Origin: an uncultured Clostridia bacterium
Lineage (GTDB): Bacteria > Bacillota > Clostridia > Christensenellales > Aristaeellaceae
DNA: 64,000 nt
Direction: 5' to 3'
Assembly (NCBI GenBank): GCA_946627565.1
Contig: CAMOVR010000002.1
Span: 16,854 to 80,853, forward strand
In this document: positions 62,111 to 64,000 of the stretch, piece after piece
Layout of the letters: every line of letters begins with the position of its first letter
Numbering within the stretch: the stretch's first letter is position 1
Position numbers and translations under genes: made by a program
The notes under the pieces: model-generated
What the model saw: only the letters and a program-made list of their open reading frames with translations
Database searches by the model: none
Told to the model about the DNA's origin: nothing

Positions 62111-64000
62111 TTACTTGCGGTCCGGGTTCTTTTTCCAGAACGTGAAGATGACAGCCCCGTCTATGCCCGTTTTCCAGGGGATACCGTCCATCTTTGTGAC
62201 AGGACAGGGGGCCGTCAGGATGATCAGGTCATTTTCCCCGGGATGTATGACATGGGTCAGGTCAAATACATAGGGTTCCGTCAGGCAGTGGCCCACTTCC
62301 TCCCCGTCAAGAAACAGGGTGGCATAGGTGTGAACGCCGGTCAGGAGCAGTTCCGCACGCATGGTGCCCTCATCCGCATGCACTTTCAGACGGTAGGTTC
62401 CGGGTGCAATCTGCTCAAGCTGGTTTTCCATATGCCGGTTTGATACCTGAATGAAACCGGCATCTGCGTCAGAATCTGCGTCAGAATCTGATTCGGAACC
62501 TGTTTCGGAAAGAGCGGATGGCGTATCGGACAGGGTAAGCACCAGCAGCTGTCCCGGCCGGATGTACAGGCTGAAGGTATCCTGAACCCCCTTTATGCTC
62601 CTCTCGCCGCTCCAGGGATCCCAGATTTCAACGGAGCGCTTCCTGGGAAGGGAGCACTCAAGCGGTTCTGCAACAGGCTCCTGGGGACGCTCGTAAAAGA
62701 CCATTACGATGTCCGCCCCGTCCCTCTTCTGCCAGCTGGTCCGCACATGCCTGTTATGCGTAAATGACAGAGGCTTTGGGAACGTTTCCGGGTCAGGACA
62801 TCCGTTTTGCAGATGCACCACATTGCCGCCCATGGCCTTAAAGCGCTCAAGGGCATCCAGGTGGCGGGTACTCAGACTGAGGGATGCGGGCACCAGGAGA
62901 TGGCTCAGGTGCATGCCGGGAAGCAGCAGCTTTCCGTTTTCCATTCTGCCTGTGAGAAGGTCTTCTATATACACGAAGTGGAAGGGAACCTGGTTTTCAT
63001 ACATAAGGGCCGCCGCCTCATCGTCCAGGGAACTCCCATCGGTGAGGATGCCCGTGCCAGCCAGGGAAAACCGTCCCGTATTCAGAAAGCTCAGGCGGGC
63101 AATGTATTCGGCAAAATCCAGGTAATAGCGCCAGAAGGTGTTGTTGGGCCCCACATCCGGCGGCCGGTCCGCCCGGGCCTCAGGCTTGCGCAGGCTGTAG
63201 AAAAAGGCATGGGGGACCAGACGGGAAATGCCCCGGACGGCCATCCAGTCTGTGAGCCACTTCATATCCCCCAGCGTCATACCCCACTGGCTTTCAGCGG
63301 GCCCGCAGCAGCCGAAACATTCGCACAGGCTCTGGGGAATGCCCAGGGCAAGGGATGTATCGGCAGCGCACTGCGCCAGCGTGCTTTCAGGCCCGTGGGT
63401 GGCAGTCTGTCCGGGGGCCACCCAGCCCCAGACCAGGTCCTGTCCGGGCATGGAGAAAATGCGTTCCGGATGCATGGTGTCAGGCCGGGCGGGATGGCCC
63501 GTCAGCAGAATGCCGTGGGCGTCGCACCAGTCCCGCAAAAGCCTGTAATAGGTGCGTTCCATTCTGGAAAGGACCAGCAGGTCATGGGTTCTGCGGACTT
63601 TTCCGATTTTTTCTTTCTCTGCTTCGTCAGGTTTTTCCTGAGTTCCTTCAGCGCCTTCCGGGAAGAGATAGGGAAGGTCTTCAGGGCGCATGCCGGCCTG
63701 AAGCCATTCCTGCTCAAACCCTTCCGTCCAGGGTACCAGCCCGTGCCTGGGATTGCGTCCCAGGGGGCTGGGTTCATCGGTGAACATGGCCCGCACCGTG
63801 GTGCCGAAGAAGGGGGACAGGGCCTGATAATACTTTTCATGGGTCAGACGGATAAAGCAGGCCACCGCTTCCGGGTTCAGAAGGTCTGCCGCAGCAGGCG
63901 CCAGAGGCTGTCCGTCATCCTCCTCGGGCCGAAGGCCCCGGATGGTGCCGCGGCTTCTGACAACGCAGAAGTACCGGAGCACTTCCCCTTCCCGGATATC
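62111..64000 (-). CDS. glycoside-hydrolase-like protein, N-terminus outside the window
   Basis: The frame stays open through nt 64000, and the ORF track's GTG at 63982 is not preceded by a stop. ..RAMFTDEPSP..WTEGFEQEWL.. and a C-terminal jelly-roll-like region resemble large uncharacterised GH (GH106-like) proteins. The family call is tentative. Confidence 0.6.
   Translation of the reverse strand, partial: DIREGEVLRYFCVVRSRGTIRGLRPEEDDGQPLAPAAADLLNPEAVACFIRLTHEKYYQALSPFFGTTVRAMFTDEPSPLGRNPRHGLVPWTEGFEQEWLQAGMRPEDLPYLFPEGAEGTQEKPDEAEKEKIGKVRRTHDLLVLSRMERTYYRLLRDWCDAHGILLTGHPARPDTMHPERIFSMPGQDLVWGWVAPGQTATHGPESTLAQCAADTSLALGIPQSLCECFGCCGPAESQWGMTLGDMKWLTDWMAVRGISRLVPHAFFYSLRKPEARADRPPDVGPNNTFWRYYLDFAEYIARLSFLNTGRFSLAGTGILTDGSSLDDEAAALMYENQVPFHFVYIEDLLTGRMENGKLLLPGMHLSHLLVPASLSLSTRHLDALERFKAMGGNVVHLQNGCPDPETFPKPLSFTHNRHVRTSWQKRDGADIVMVFYERPQEPVAEPLECSLPRKRSVEIWDPWSGERSIKGVQDTFSLYIRPGQLLVLTLSDTPSALSETGSESDSDADSDADAGFIQVSNRHMENQLEQIAPGTYRLKVHADEGTMRAELLLTGVHTYATLFLDGEEVGHCLTEPYVFDLTHVIHPGENDLIILTAPCPVTKMDGIPWKTGIDGAVIFTFWKKNPDRK
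62464..62511 (-). repeat. short coding tandem repeat (12-nt unit, 2 perfect + 2 diverged copies)
   Basis: ctgcgtcagaat ctgcgtcagaat ctgattcggaac ctgtttcggaaa on the plus strand. It encodes an acidic S/D/A linker (..SESDSDADSDADAG..) in the minus-strand gene. Confidence 0.8.

Noticed and set aside
60899-62443. 514-aa plus-strand ORF spanning the sugar-kinase gene and the 3' end of the partial GH gene
   Set aside because: It crosses a strong bidirectional terminator and an intergenic region and is antisense to two motif-supported genes.
1-64000. Search for mobile elements, prophage, CRISPR arrays, tRNA/rRNA genes and toxin-antitoxin or defence islands
   Set aside because: No transposase, integrase, recombinase or Cas-like ORFs were found. 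There are no direct-repeat arrays, and no T-loop-like GGTTCGAATC-type motifs in the intergenic regions. All spacers longer than 100 nt are accounted for by promoters, leaders and terminators. Absence was judged by eye only.

Overview
GC-rich, densely coding chromosomal segment. I call 49 CDS and found no rRNA, tRNA, CRISPR array, transposase or integrase by eye. Signals are Firmicutes/Clostridia-like: GGAGG-type RBS 5-9 nt upstream of most starts, ATGA start/stop coupling, TTGACA-17-TATAAT-like promoters, and stem-loop plus T-tract terminators between convergent genes.

Content in order:
1. 1-8.2 kb: a nucleotide-sugar/glycan cluster. It holds rfbG (partial), rfbH, a GtrA-like gene and a GtrB-like GT2. 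It also holds a tightly coupled minus-strand operon: acylating acetaldehyde dehydrogenase, 4-hydroxy-2-oxovalerate aldolase, an acetolactate-synthase-fold ThDP enzyme and an extended SDR.
2. lon, an ABC exporter pair and two GT2 genes.
3. 15.1-21.7 kb: a minus-strand block with a secreted acidic protein, a secreted beta-helix (Cthe_2159-like) protein with a Gly-rich tail, an apparently degenerate response regulator/histidine kinase pair, a VTC-domain (polyphosphate-polymerase-like) protein and a DUF4956 membrane protein.
4. MATE, rsmH-rsmI, DegV and a CPA2-type antiporter with a Lys-rich tail.
5. A 1890-aa BspA-type LRR surface protein with a transglutaminase-like Cys-His-Asp domain.
6. A DMT transporter, an alpha/beta hydrolase, a STAS protein, an orphan 200-aa protein and kptA.
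7. An esterase-esterase-ATP-grasp operon, then phosphohexomutase-GH20 and a lipoprotein cyclophilin.
8. 44.7-56.7 kb: a nine-gene plus-strand operon mixing glycoside-hydrolase-like genes (including a GH43-GH28 fusion) with an M42 peptidase, a YpsA-like SLOG protein, a CE2-like SGNH esterase, diaminopropionate ammonia-lyase and an AEC transporter.
9. An aconitase-family hydratase, a second MATE, a PfkB sugar kinase and a partial glycoside-hydrolase-like gene.

The two most novel-looking candidates are the CDP-deoxysugar cluster wired to ThDP, aldolase and aldehyde-dehydrogenase enzymes, and the bacterial VTC/DUF4956 module with its degenerate two-component pair.

Limits: all calls rest on reading the ORF translations, motifs remembered from the named families, and RBS/overlap logic. 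No searches or computations were run. Start codons are the least certain coordinates.
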